The position numbers were made by a program, and so were the translations under genes. 64,000 nt of DNA from positions 1 through 64,000 of the forward strand of contig JBDRNC010000035.1 in the NCBI GenBank assembly GCA_043811535.1, written 5' to 3'. Source of the DNA: Elusimicrobiota bacterium (GTDB taxonomy: Bacteria; Elusimicrobiota; Endomicrobiia; Endomicrobiales; JBDRNC01). Positions 17,534 through 26,324 of this stretch are shown piece by piece (the stretch's first letter is position 1; every line of letters begins with the position of its first letter). The notes under the pieces are model-generated. The model ran no database searches and was not told the origin of the DNA. It worked only from the letters and a program-made list of their open reading frames with translations.

Positions 17534-18670
17534 ATGAATATTGGAACCTTTATCGTAACTAAAAAATCCGGAGAATGCCGCGCTCGCGCTGGTCAATTGA
17601 CAACCGGCCGCGGAGTCATTAATACTCCCGTTTTCATGCCTGTCGGTACGCAGGGCTCGGTAAAAACGCTCTCTAACGAAGAACTTGAGAGTTCCGGCGC
17701 GCAGATTATCCTTTCAAACTCCTACCATCTCTATCTTAGGCCCGGCACGGAACTGATAAGGTCCGCGGGCGGGGTGCACAAGTTTATCGGATGGTGCAAG
17801 CCGATGCTTACCGATTCGGGCGGGTTTCAGATATTCAGCCTGACAACGCTGAGGCGGATAGATTCGGACGGCGTCGAGTTTCGGTCGCATATCGACGGAT
17901 CGAAGCATTTTTTTACGCCGGAAAAATCCATTGAAGTCCAGAATCGGATAGGCGCCGACATAATAATGTGTTTTGACGAATGCACTCCTTATCCGAGCAC
18001 GCGCGATTATGCCGAAAGATCCATGCTTTTAAGCGTGGACTGGGCAAAGCGCTGCAAGAAGGCCTTCGAAGAACTCAGGTTCACGGAAGGACAGGGACAG
18101 CTTTTGTTCGGGATCGTGCAGGGGTCGGTTTATGCGGATCTCAGAAAAGAGAGCGTAGAAAAGATGCTTAAGATCGATTTTCCAGGATACGCGCTGGGCG
18201 GGCTTTCGGTGGGCGAACCGAAAGAGGAAATTCTAAGGATCATAGATGCCGCGGCCCCTCTTCTGCCCGAAGAAAAACCAAGGTACGCTATGGGGCTCGG
18301 GATGCCCGAAGATATATGGGAAGCGGTTGAACGCGGAATCGATATGTTTGACTGCGTCTTGCCCACACGGAACGGACGAAACGGGCAGGCATTCACAAGT
18401 TCCGGGAAAGTCAATATAAAAAATGCGGAATATGTTGCCGATTTTGGGCCTTTGGACGCGGGGTGTTCATGCCCCACATGCGCTAATTACTCAAGGGCCT
18501 ATTTGAATCATCTTTTCAAGGCGCAGGAGCTTCTTGTACTGCGTCTTTTGACTTTACATAACGTTTATTTTATGATAAAATTAGTTGATAATATAAGGAA
18601 ATCAATAGAAAACGACTGCTTCATGAACGCCAAGAAGGAGTTTTTGAATAAGTATTGTACAGCAACCTGA
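17534..18670 (+). CDS. tgt: tRNA-guanine(34) transglycosylase
   Basis: TPVFMPVGT, LTDSGGFQ, DCVLPTR, Zn site CSCPTC...H. Confidence 0.97.
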   Translation: MNIGTFIVTKKSGECRARAGQLTTGRGVINTPVFMPVGTQGSVKTLSNEELESSGAQIILSNSYHLYLRPGTELIRSAGGVHKFIGWCKPMLTDSGGFQIFSLTTLRRIDSDGVEFRSHIDGSKHFFTPEKSIEVQNRIGADIIMCFDECTPYPSTRDYAERSMLLSVDWAKRCKKAFEELRFTEGQGQLLFGIVQGSVYADLRKESVEKMLKIDFPGYALGGLSVGEPKEEILRIIDAAAPLLPEEKPRYAMGLGMPEDIWEAVERGIDMFDCVLPTRNGRNGQAFTSSGKVNIKNAEYVADFGPLDAGCSCPTCANYSRAYLNHLFKAQELLVLRLLTLHNVYFMIKLVDNIRKSIENDCFMNAKKEFLNKYCTAT

Positions 18671-18683
18671 AAACGCTGAAAAC

Positions 18684-18750
18684 AGGTGTCCCCCGCCAAC
18701 GGCGGGGTCACTAACGGCAATATAAAACAACACATTTGGTGTTCAAGGTA
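18684..18750 (+). repeat. Motif Z (exchangeable-hairpin scaffold), copy 1
   Basis: GTGTC-[CCCCGCCAACGGCGGGG]-TCAC..GGCAAT..AACAC..GGTGTTCAAGG; 21-mer identical to 49019-49039. Confidence 0.7.
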
Positions 18751-18764
18751 TTCAGGGAGATACG

Positions 18765-19844
18765 GTGAGAGTCAGAGTAGCGAATTTATTTTTTTTCAGC
18801 GCGGTCTTCGCCGCGGCCATAACTTTGCTTTGGGCCGGTAAGAATAAAATGCCTGATGAAATAAACATTGTGCGGCAGGGGCTGAAAGAGACCGACTCTG
18901 AAGTGCGTTCAACTTCCGCGGAAATATTGTCAAAATTAAATGACGTGGATTCGCTGGCCGAAATTAAAACGCTTTTAAGCGATAAGAATGATTCGGTGAG
19001 AATTCAGGCTGCGCTAGCGATGTACAGGCTCGGGGACAGATCGGGCGCGGCCGAAATAAGAAAAATTCTCAACAAAGCGCCCAAACTTTCTGATAAACCC
19101 ACTTCTATGGAACGCGTAAGAGCCATAACACGCGGAACGGTAAGGGCCGCAGCGGCCGCAGCGCTGGGCGAGGTGGGCGATAAGGAATCCATTCCGACTC
19201 TGAAGAAATGGGTGGATGATGATGACGGGCGGGTCGGCGACGCGTGCATGGTCGCGCTGGCGAAAATGGGGGACAAAACCGTAATAGGCGAGTTTTTATC
19301 GGCGCTTAGAAGCACGAAGCAGGGCGTCAGGGCGAAGGCTGCGAAGATTCTGGGCGAAATAGGGGATTCCACGTGTTTTTCCGGACTGAGAGAACGCCTT
19401 AAGGACTGGGACAGGGACGTCAAGGCGGCGTCAGCCCTGGCTTTGGGCAAACTAAAAGACAACGAGAGCCTGCCTGCGATAAGAGAATTGCTGTGGGACA
19501 AGGATGATATAGTCCGCGAGAACGCCGCGGCTTCCATAGGCTTTATGGGAAATTCCGATTCTGTCGGGCCGCTGAAAGAAGTCCTGCAGGATGCCAACGG
19601 TTTCGTCCGCATCACCGCGTCAAAATCGTTGTTCATGCTCGGGGACGACAGCGGAAAGGATTTTCTCATCAGGGTTCTCAGGACCGATGACAGGGACGCG
19701 ACGTTGAGAGCGCTTGACGCGCTCAATGGCAAGATGAAACAGGACGATATCCCTGAGCTTCAGAAACTTACAGGTGGAAAGGATAAGCTAATTTCCGTGA
19801 AGGCAGCCGGCTATATAGCCGGCTTGAAGATGGAAAATAAATAG
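18765..19844 (+). CDS. HEAT-repeat protein with N-terminal signal/TM segment
   Basis: Repeated D...VR..AA..LG.IGD (PBS-lyase-like HEAT) units. Confidence 0.85.
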   Translation: MRVRVANLFFFSAVFAAAITLLWAGKNKMPDEINIVRQGLKETDSEVRSTSAEILSKLNDVDSLAEIKTLLSDKNDSVRIQAALAMYRLGDRSGAAEIRKILNKAPKLSDKPTSMERVRAITRGTVRAAAAAALGEVGDKESIPTLKKWVDDDDGRVGDACMVALAKMGDKTVIGEFLSALRSTKQGVRAKAAKILGEIGDSTCFSGLRERLKDWDRDVKAASALALGKLKDNESLPAIRELLWDKDDIVRENAAASIGFMGNSDSVGPLKEVLQDANGFVRITASKSLFMLGDDSGKDFLIRVLRTDDRDATLRALDALNGKMKQDDIPELQKLTGGKDKLISVKAAGYIAGLKMENK

Positions 19845-19856
19845 GAGGAAATTCAG

Positions 19857-20252
19857 ATGAGAAAGAGCTTAATTCAGGTTCTTACATTGTTGTTATCGGC
19901 TGCAACGGCATTTGCCGAGGATGCGGCCGCGCCGCAGCAGAATCCTATCGCCGGCTTTCTGCCGCTGATAATTATTTTCGTGATTTTTTATTTCCTGCTG
20001 ATACGCCCGCAGTCAAAGAAACAGAAAGAGCATCAGAAAATGCTGAACGCCGTGAAGAAGGACGACCGCATTATCACTTCAGGAGGCATTTACGGCACGG
20101 TGACGGCTGTCAGGGAAGGCATCATTGAGGTCAAAATCGCCGAAGGCGTGAAAGTCCAGCTTGCAAAGAGCGCGGTCGGAAGCGTTATTCCTCTGGAAGG
20201 CGCGGCGCAAAACGCGCAGACGGAAGCAAAAACACCTGATATAATTAGATAG
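19857..20252 (+). CDS. yajC: Preprotein translocase subunit YajC
   Basis: FYFLLIRPQ.K.QK, ITSGGIYGTV; tgt-secD context. Confidence 0.95.
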   Translation: MRKSLIQVLTLLLSAATAFAEDAAAPQQNPIAGFLPLIIIFVIFYFLLIRPQSKKQKEHQKMLNAVKKDDRIITSGGIYGTVTAVREGIIEVKIAEGVKVQLAKSAVGSVIPLEGAAQNAQTEAKTPDIIR

Positions 20253-20267
20253 CGACAGTAATCGGTA

Positions 20268-20376
20268 ATGCGACATGAAATCCCCCGACTTCCGTCGGGG
20301 GATGAATGCGTAATGATGTCGAAGCAGGTTGCGTTACGAAAGAAGCCTCCCCGACTCTTTCGGGGAGGAGCATCAC
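20268..20376 (+). mobile_element. Non-autonomous IS200/IS605-like element (PATE-like); left boundary approximate
   Basis: Hairpins ATCCCCCGAC-TTCC-GTCGGGGGAT (20280-20303) and CCTCCCCGA-CTCTT-TCGGGGAGG (20346-20368); right end CGAAAGAAGCC...GGAGCATCAC mirrors the IS at 12665-12701. Confidence 0.7.
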
Positions 20377-20380
20377 TAAT

Positions 20381-21061
20381 ATGAAAAACCATAAATACTC
20401 AGGTCTGACGCTGGAAGACGTCAAAAAGAACCCGGTCGCAAACAGCTTCATTGAGGCGGCCAATGAGTATCTAGGAGCTGTCGGCTACACTGAACACGGA
20501 TTCAGGCATGTTAGCCTTGTCGCGTCGGTTGCGCACAATACTCTCTCGCATCTAGGCCATGCGGCTCCTCTTCCGGAACTGGCGGGTATTGCAGGATACC
20601 TGCACGACATCGGAAATGTCGTGAACAGGCAGGACCACGGGCAGTCGGCCGCGCTGATCGCCATGAGGATACTCAATGAAATGGGCGCTACGCCCGAAGA
20701 GATCGCGATGGTAATATCGGCGATAGGCAACCATGAAGAGGAGATAGGCGACCCGGTCAATCCCGTCGCGGCCGCGCTGATACTTGCAGACAAATCGGAT
20801 GTCCACAAAACGCGAGTGCGTAATCCCAAAATGATAGGCGCGGACATCCACGACAGGGTCAATTACGCCGTTGAGCGCTCTTTTCTGAACGTTGACGGCA
20901 ACAAGAAGACCATTCGGCTGGAACTGACGATTGACACGAAAATATCGCAGGTAATGGAATATTTTGAGATATTCATGTCGCGCATGATAATGTGCAGGCG
21001 GGCGGCGAAACTGCTTGGATGCAGTTTTGAGCTGGTAATAAACGAGCGCAAACTGCTCTAA
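20381..21061 (+). CDS. HD-domain phosphohydrolase (paralogue 2)
   Basis: EHGFRH, YLHDIGN, NHE, ADKSDVH; start ATG 20381 after GGAGGAG. Confidence 0.85.
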   Translation: MKNHKYSGLTLEDVKKNPVANSFIEAANEYLGAVGYTEHGFRHVSLVASVAHNTLSHLGHAAPLPELAGIAGYLHDIGNVVNRQDHGQSAALIAMRILNEMGATPEEIAMVISAIGNHEEEIGDPVNPVAAALILADKSDVHKTRVRNPKMIGADIHDRVNYAVERSFLNVDGNKKTIRLELTIDTKISQVMEYFEIFMSRMIMCRRAAKLLGCSFELVINERKLL

Positions 21062-22491
21062 TGACCGCAATACACGCAAAAAAAATCCTTTTCACGTTCG
21101 CGCTGATAGTAGCCGGCATAATGTTCTTTCACAGGCTCAACGAAGCTCCGCTTGCCGGGGATGATACGTACTACTCGGAAATTGCGAAGGAAATGGCCGT
21201 CACCGGCGATTTTCTAACGCCGCATTTCGGCTACCGTGTTGATTTTCACACGAGCAAACCGCCGGTTCTTTTCTGGGTAAACGCGGTATCGGGGAAATTG
21301 TTCGGTTTTAATAATTTCGCAATGAGGTTCCCTTCGGCGGTATTGTGTTTTCTCGGGGTCGCCGCTCTTTTATTATTCGCCGACAGGTACTTCGGCAGGC
21401 TGACGGCGTTTTTTTCGGCGCTGATACTGGTTTTTACTCAGCAGTACCTATATCACGCGAGAAGCGCGGTGACTGACGGACCGTTCGCGGTTTTCTTTTC
21501 GCTTATGATGATGTCCTTCTGGATTGCACGGGCCGAAAAGAGGGTCATCTTTTATTATTTATCGGGTGTTTTTCTCGGCCTTGCCGTCATGACAAGGCAG
21601 ATACCGGGTTTTTTCGCGTTAATCGCTGTGTTCGGCTACATAGTTCTTTCAAAAGAATTCAAGATATTGAAAAACTGGCATTTCTGGGCCGGAATGATCC
21701 TTTCGGCGGCAATCATTTTGCCGTGGCACATCGCGATGTATGCAAGGCATGGCGCAGCGTTCATCGACCAGTATTTAGGCGTCGCGCTGATGACCGGGAT
21801 AAAGGGATATCCGGTCGAGTACTCCGGAAATCCGTCTCTTAATCCGTGGTACGCGTATTTTTCCATACTCCTGAGTAATTACGAGCCATGGCTGCCGTTC
21901 TTCGTGGCGGGACTGGCAGGAACGGCTTTACATTTCAAGAATTTTGACGCCGAAAAAAGAAAGAAATCAATTTTCATGCTGTGCTGGATATTCGCGCCGT
22001 TCGCGCTCTTTCAAATTGCCAAGGTCAAGCAGTATCATTACCTGGTGCCACTTTACATCCCGATGGCGGCAGTATGCGGGAAGGTATTTGCCGGTTTCGG
22101 CGAGCGGGCGAGAAAAACAGCCGTATTGGTTTTTATTTCGGTGTTTTCGCTGTATTCCGCGGCTTGTATTATATTCCCGATAATCCCGAAGACGCTTGAC
22201 AGCAGGGAATATGTCGACACGATTACTATGGTTCCGGAGATCATGAAGATTGAAGGCAGCGTAGAGACTCTGCACAGGGGCGGCATGCACTACTTGAGCT
22301 GTTTCTGGTTCTACGGGGACAAGGGCACGGTCATAAACGACGAAAGTGAACTTATAAGCAAGATAATGTCCGCAAAAAAGCGGACTTTCATTCTTTTCAA
22401 GGAAGATTATAAGAGGATAGCGGACAGCGTGAAGAATCGAAATCTGAATATTATTATATCTTCGAGAGACTCGGTGTTATTCACGAATTGA
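21061..22491 (+). CDS. ArnT/GT83-like GT-C membrane glycosyltransferase
   Basis: Multi-TM; DD.YYSEIAKEM...GDFLTP, KPPVLFW, AMRFPSA, TDGP, LPWH. Confidence 0.8.
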   Translation: MTAIHAKKILFTFALIVAGIMFFHRLNEAPLAGDDTYYSEIAKEMAVTGDFLTPHFGYRVDFHTSKPPVLFWVNAVSGKLFGFNNFAMRFPSAVLCFLGVAALLLFADRYFGRLTAFFSALILVFTQQYLYHARSAVTDGPFAVFFSLMMMSFWIARAEKRVIFYYLSGVFLGLAVMTRQIPGFFALIAVFGYIVLSKEFKILKNWHFWAGMILSAAIILPWHIAMYARHGAAFIDQYLGVALMTGIKGYPVEYSGNPSLNPWYAYFSILLSNYEPWLPFFVAGLAGTALHFKNFDAEKRKKSIFMLCWIFAPFALFQIAKVKQYHYLVPLYIPMAAVCGKVFAGFGERARKTAVLVFISVFSLYSAACIIFPIIPKTLDSREYVDTITMVPEIMKIEGSVETLHRGGMHYLSCFWFYGDKGTVINDESELISKIMSAKKRTFILFKEDYKRIADSVKNRNLNIIISSRDSVLFTN

Positions 22492-22510
22492 CTCCAATAA
22501 GAGATTGTTT

Positions 22511-23245
22511 ATGACAGTTTTCTTCCTTCTGGCGGCCTATAACGAAGAAAAGGACATGCCTGGACTGCTGGAGGATTTCGCAAAAAGCGGGTTTAAGTTC
22601 GGCTACCGCATCTTGATTGTAAACGACGGTTCCACCGATAAAACCGAAGAGGTCGCAAGACTGTATCAGGGCCGCGTGCCAATTGATATTGTGGCACACA
22701 AATTCAACAGAGGGCTGGGGAAGGCCATTGATACGGGCTTATCGGAGATAGCGGGAGTCATGAAAAGCGGCGACTCTGTGATAACAATGGACGCGGACCG
22801 CACTCACCCGTTGAGTATGGTCCCCCGGATGGAAGAATTGCTGAGAGCCGGCGAAGACATAGTGATAGCTTCAAGATTCTGCGGCGGCGCCCGGGTATTC
22901 GGCGTTCCGTTCCACAGGAAGTTCCTTAGCTATGCGGCGAATTTGCTGGCGGGAATGTTATTTGGACTGAAAGGCGTCAAAGACTATACTTCCGGGTTCA
23001 GGGCCTTTTCCGCGAAACTCCTTCTCCGTATGCGCGAAAAATACGGCGACACGTTGCTGACCGAACAGGGTTTCGCGGCGACTGTGGAATTGCTGCTTAA
23101 AGCCGCGCCGCTTGCTTCAGGCGTCAAAGAAGTGCCCCTTGAACTGCATTACGAAATGAAGTCAGGCGCTAGTAAGATGAGGGTAATAAAGACAATAGGA
23201 AGATATCTAATTCTTTTTATTAAAATGAAAAGAATCCTAAATTAA
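22511..23245 (+). CDS. GT2 polyprenol-phosphate glycosyltransferase-like protein
   Basis: AYNEE, NDGSTD, NRGLG, MDAD, ASRF, DYTSGFRA. Confidence 0.85.
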   Translation: MTVFFLLAAYNEEKDMPGLLEDFAKSGFKFGYRILIVNDGSTDKTEEVARLYQGRVPIDIVAHKFNRGLGKAIDTGLSEIAGVMKSGDSVITMDADRTHPLSMVPRMEELLRAGEDIVIASRFCGGARVFGVPFHRKFLSYAANLLAGMLFGLKGVKDYTSGFRAFSAKLLLRMREKYGDTLLTEQGFAATVELLLKAAPLASGVKEVPLELHYEMKSGASKMRVIKTIGRYLILFIKMKRILN

Positions 23246-23266
23246 AACTGAGGAAAGGAAAGGGAC

Positions 23267-24682
23267 ATGTCAAAATTACAGATGAAAGTCGTTCTTACGC
23301 TGACATTTCTGGGCATTGCATTCTATTTTTTGTATCCGTCATGGGAATGGTACGGTCTTCCGCAGGCGGAGAGGGAGCAGAGGGAAAAGCTAAAGGACAA
23401 AATAATCGGCAAGGTGCTGAATCTGGGCCTTGACCTGCGCGGCGGAGTACACCTGGTGCTGGAGCTTGACGCTGACAAACTCGAAAAAGGGGTGGACGTC
23501 GTTGATGCCGTTAACCGCGCCATAGAGATTATCAGGAACCGCGTTGACCAGTTCGGCGTTGCCGAGCCTTTGATGACAAGGCAGGGCGACAGGTGGATAG
23601 TTGTCCAGTTGCCGGGAATAAAGGATCCGGAAAGAGCGAAAGACCTTATAGGGAAGACTGCGCTTCTGGAGTTTCGTCTCGTTGATACCAGCCCCGTACT
23701 GAGCCAGATCGCCGAAAAACTGCGCGAGAAAGGCGTCCGCATTGAAGAGATAAACGCATACCCCGAAATAGTCAAAATGATTCCACAGGGCTTTGAGGTA
23801 TTTCCGGGGAGGGAGGACAGATATTACCTTCTGAAATCTTCCGCGGAGCTTACGGGCGCGTATCTTACAAACGCGAAAGTAGAGATGGGCGGAGAATATG
23901 GATATCCCCATGTCGCGATAGAATTCAATTCGGACGGGTCAAAAATATTTTCCAGGGTTACCGAGGCTAATATCAACCGAAGCCTGGCAATAGTCCTTGA
24001 CGGCGTCGTGCAATCGGCGCCTAATATAGAATCAAAGATCCCGGATGGGAAGGGTATCATACGCGGAAATTTTACCATGGATGACGCGAAATTTCTCGCG
24101 ACGGTGCTGAGGGCGGGCGCGCTTCCGGCCCCGGTCCGGATAATTGAAGAAAGGACCGTAGGGCCGACGCTCGGAGAGGACTCTATAAAAGCAGGCGTGA
24201 GCGCTTCCGCGTTCGGATTGCTCCTTATACTGATTTTTATGGGAATCTATTACAGGTTCTCCGGAATGGTAGCGAACTTCGCGCTTGTCCTGAATTTTGT
24301 GCTTCTTCTCGGACTCATGGCGGCTTTTCATTTCACGCTCACGCTGCCCGGCATTGCCGGAATAATCCTGAGCCTGGCAATGGCGGTCGACGCCAATGTC
24401 CTCATTCTTGAAAGAATGAGAGAAGAATTTCACGCGGGCAAAACTCAAAGGATGGCCATTGACGCGGCCTACCAGAAAGCCTTCGTGACGATACTTGACT
24501 CCAATTTAACGACGCTTATTGCGGCCGTGTTCCTGTTCCAGTTTGGCACAGGGCCTATCAAGGGTTTCGCTGTAACGCTGACTTTCGGCATAATAATAAG
24601 CATGTTCACCGCGATAATGGTTACCAAGACGATATATGAGCTGCTGTTCCAGGAAAAAATAATAACGCAGATAAAACTATAA
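23267..24682 (+). CDS. secD: Protein translocase subunit SecD
   Basis: LGLDLRGG, LRAGALPAP, VGPTLG, VDANVLILER. Confidence 0.97.
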   Translation: MSKLQMKVVLTLTFLGIAFYFLYPSWEWYGLPQAEREQREKLKDKIIGKVLNLGLDLRGGVHLVLELDADKLEKGVDVVDAVNRAIEIIRNRVDQFGVAEPLMTRQGDRWIVVQLPGIKDPERAKDLIGKTALLEFRLVDTSPVLSQIAEKLREKGVRIEEINAYPEIVKMIPQGFEVFPGREDRYYLLKSSAELTGAYLTNAKVEMGGEYGYPHVAIEFNSDGSKIFSRVTEANINRSLAIVLDGVVQSAPNIESKIPDGKGIIRGNFTMDDAKFLATVLRAGALPAPVRIIEERTVGPTLGEDSIKAGVSASAFGLLLILIFMGIYYRFSGMVANFALVLNFVLLLGLMAAFHFTLTLPGIAGIILSLAMAVDANVLILERMREEFHAGKTQRMAIDAAYQKAFVTILDSNLTTLIAAVFLFQFGTGPIKGFAVTLTFGIIISMFTAIMVTKTIYELLFQEKIITQIKL

Positions 24683-24696
24683 CGGAGGAAAAAAAA

Positions 24697-25617
24697 GTGG
24701 AGCTAATTAAGAACACAAAAATTGACTTTGTAGCGAAAAGATACATTTTTTTCGTGTTATCCGGCGCTTTGATTCTGGCGGGAATCATTTCGCTGGCCGT
24801 AAAGGGAGGCCCGAACCTAGGCATTGATTTTGTCGGAGGCAGTTTGCTGCAGCTTTCGTTTGACCAGCCGGTGCAGATGGATACCGTGCGCGAATGCATG
24901 CGCGAAGCGGGATTTGAAAAAGCCGAGATGCAAAGCGCGCAGGGCAACAACCTGATAATAAGAATTAAAAAAAGCGATATCACTCAGGAGGAATTTGCCG
25001 CGAGAGCGCTGCAGGCCATACAGGCAAAGTATCCGCAGCATAAGATAAATACGGAAAGGGCTGAATACGTCGGGCCGGCGATCGGAAGGCACTTGTATAA
25101 ACAAGCGATATTCGCGATGTTGTTCTCCATGCTGGGTATCATAATATACGTGGCGTTCCGCTTTCATTCAGGCGTATGGGGCACTGCGGGCGTTGTGGCT
25201 CTCTGCCACGACGTATTTGTCGTAGTGGGAATATTCTCCCTGCTTGACAAGGAAATAACACTTACGATAATCGCGGCGCTGCTTACGCTGGCAGGTTTTT
25301 CAATCAACGATACCATAGTGATTTTTGACAGGATGCGCGAGAACCTTAAGCTGAGGATAAAAGACAACTTCGGCACTATAATAAACGTCAGCGTGAACCA
25401 GACGCTTTCAAGGACGGTCATAACTTCCTTAACGGTGTTCATAGTTACCGTAGCGATCTTCTTTTACGGGGGCGAGGTTATACACGATTTCGCTTTCGCC
25501 ATGCTGATCGGCGTATTTATCGGTAGTTATTCGACTATTTTTGTGGCTTCTCCGATGGTTTATGAATGGGAAGAATACAAAAAGAGAAGAACTGTCGCGA
25601 TGAAAACCCAAAAATAG
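24697..25617 (+). CDS. secF: Protein translocase subunit SecF
   Basis: LGIDFVGG, HD in TM, GFSINDTIVIFDR. Confidence 0.97.
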   Translation: MELIKNTKIDFVAKRYIFFVLSGALILAGIISLAVKGGPNLGIDFVGGSLLQLSFDQPVQMDTVRECMREAGFEKAEMQSAQGNNLIIRIKKSDITQEEFAARALQAIQAKYPQHKINTERAEYVGPAIGRHLYKQAIFAMLFSMLGIIIYVAFRFHSGVWGTAGVVALCHDVFVVVGIFSLLDKEITLTIIAALLTLAGFSINDTIVIFDRMRENLKLRIKDNFGTIINVSVNQTLSRTVITSLTVFIVTVAIFFYGGEVIHDFAFAMLIGVFIGSYSTIFVASPMVYEWEEYKKRRTVAMKTQK

Positions 25618-25633
25618 GTAAAAAAGGGCCGGA

Positions 25634-26218
25634 ATGAAAAAGATCAAGAAATTCAAGATTAACCTGCGCGCCAGGGAAGTCACGAGATTGCTGAAAGCGA
25701 CCGCGGAAATTACTGAGATCACTCCGCAGCTTGAGGAAGCCATTCAAAGAGAGACTTTAAATGTCCAGAAGAGTGTCTCCCCGGCGGCTATTTACGAAAC
25801 ATTTTTCAAGGAAAAATATCCTGAAGGCCTGCTTGTATCCCCGCCCGATGTTTGGGTTGCAGGAAGCATTTATCTTGTGACTCTCGGCGAGGAGATAGAA
25901 CTGCTGAAAGATGAGGCCCTTTCGCGCGGCGAGAACCTTTTAAGCCAGATCATACACTCTGCCGGCCTTGAGGCGCTTGAACAGTCAGCGGGTTTCGTTC
26001 AAAGGTTGATGGCGGAAGAATCCAAAGAAGAAAACTGCGAATTGTCAGACAGGAAACGCGTAAACACGCCTGAATTCTATAAAACGCTGTTCGCATCTCT
26101 TCCGGGCGACAAGATAGGAGTTCAAATCCTTGAAAACAACCTGCTAAAGCCGTTGTATTCTTCGGGCGGGATAATATACTGGATCCAGCAGAAGAAGCGC
26201 GGCGGTAAAGGCGGATAG
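25634..26218 (+). CDS. Hypothetical protein resembling a stand-alone methionine synthase reactivation domain (degenerate)
   Basis: YLVTLG..IE, G...AL.EQ.A, IGV.I.EN.LL.P..S..GII pattern; RxSPGY motif absent. Confidence 0.5.
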   Translation: MKKIKKFKINLRAREVTRLLKATAEITEITPQLEEAIQRETLNVQKSVSPAAIYETFFKEKYPEGLLVSPPDVWVAGSIYLVTLGEEIELLKDEALSRGENLLSQIIHSAGLEALEQSAGFVQRLMAEESKEENCELSDRKRVNTPEFYKTLFASLPGDKIGVQILENNLLKPLYSSGGIIYWIQQKKRGGKGG

Positions 26219-26228
26219 CCTCTCCGCA

Positions 26229-26251
26229 GTGAAGCGCTCCTCGATCTTGCG
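26229..26251 (+). repeat. Truncated end of family Y element
   Basis: GTGAAGCGCTCCTCGATCTTGCG, 20/23 identical to the reverse complement of 59302-59324. Confidence 0.5.
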
Positions 26252-26324
26252 TATCTGTGTAATCTTTATAAAATCAGTTTAATCAAGCATTGTTGAGGTT
26301 TTACAGCAATCTCAAAATACGAAT

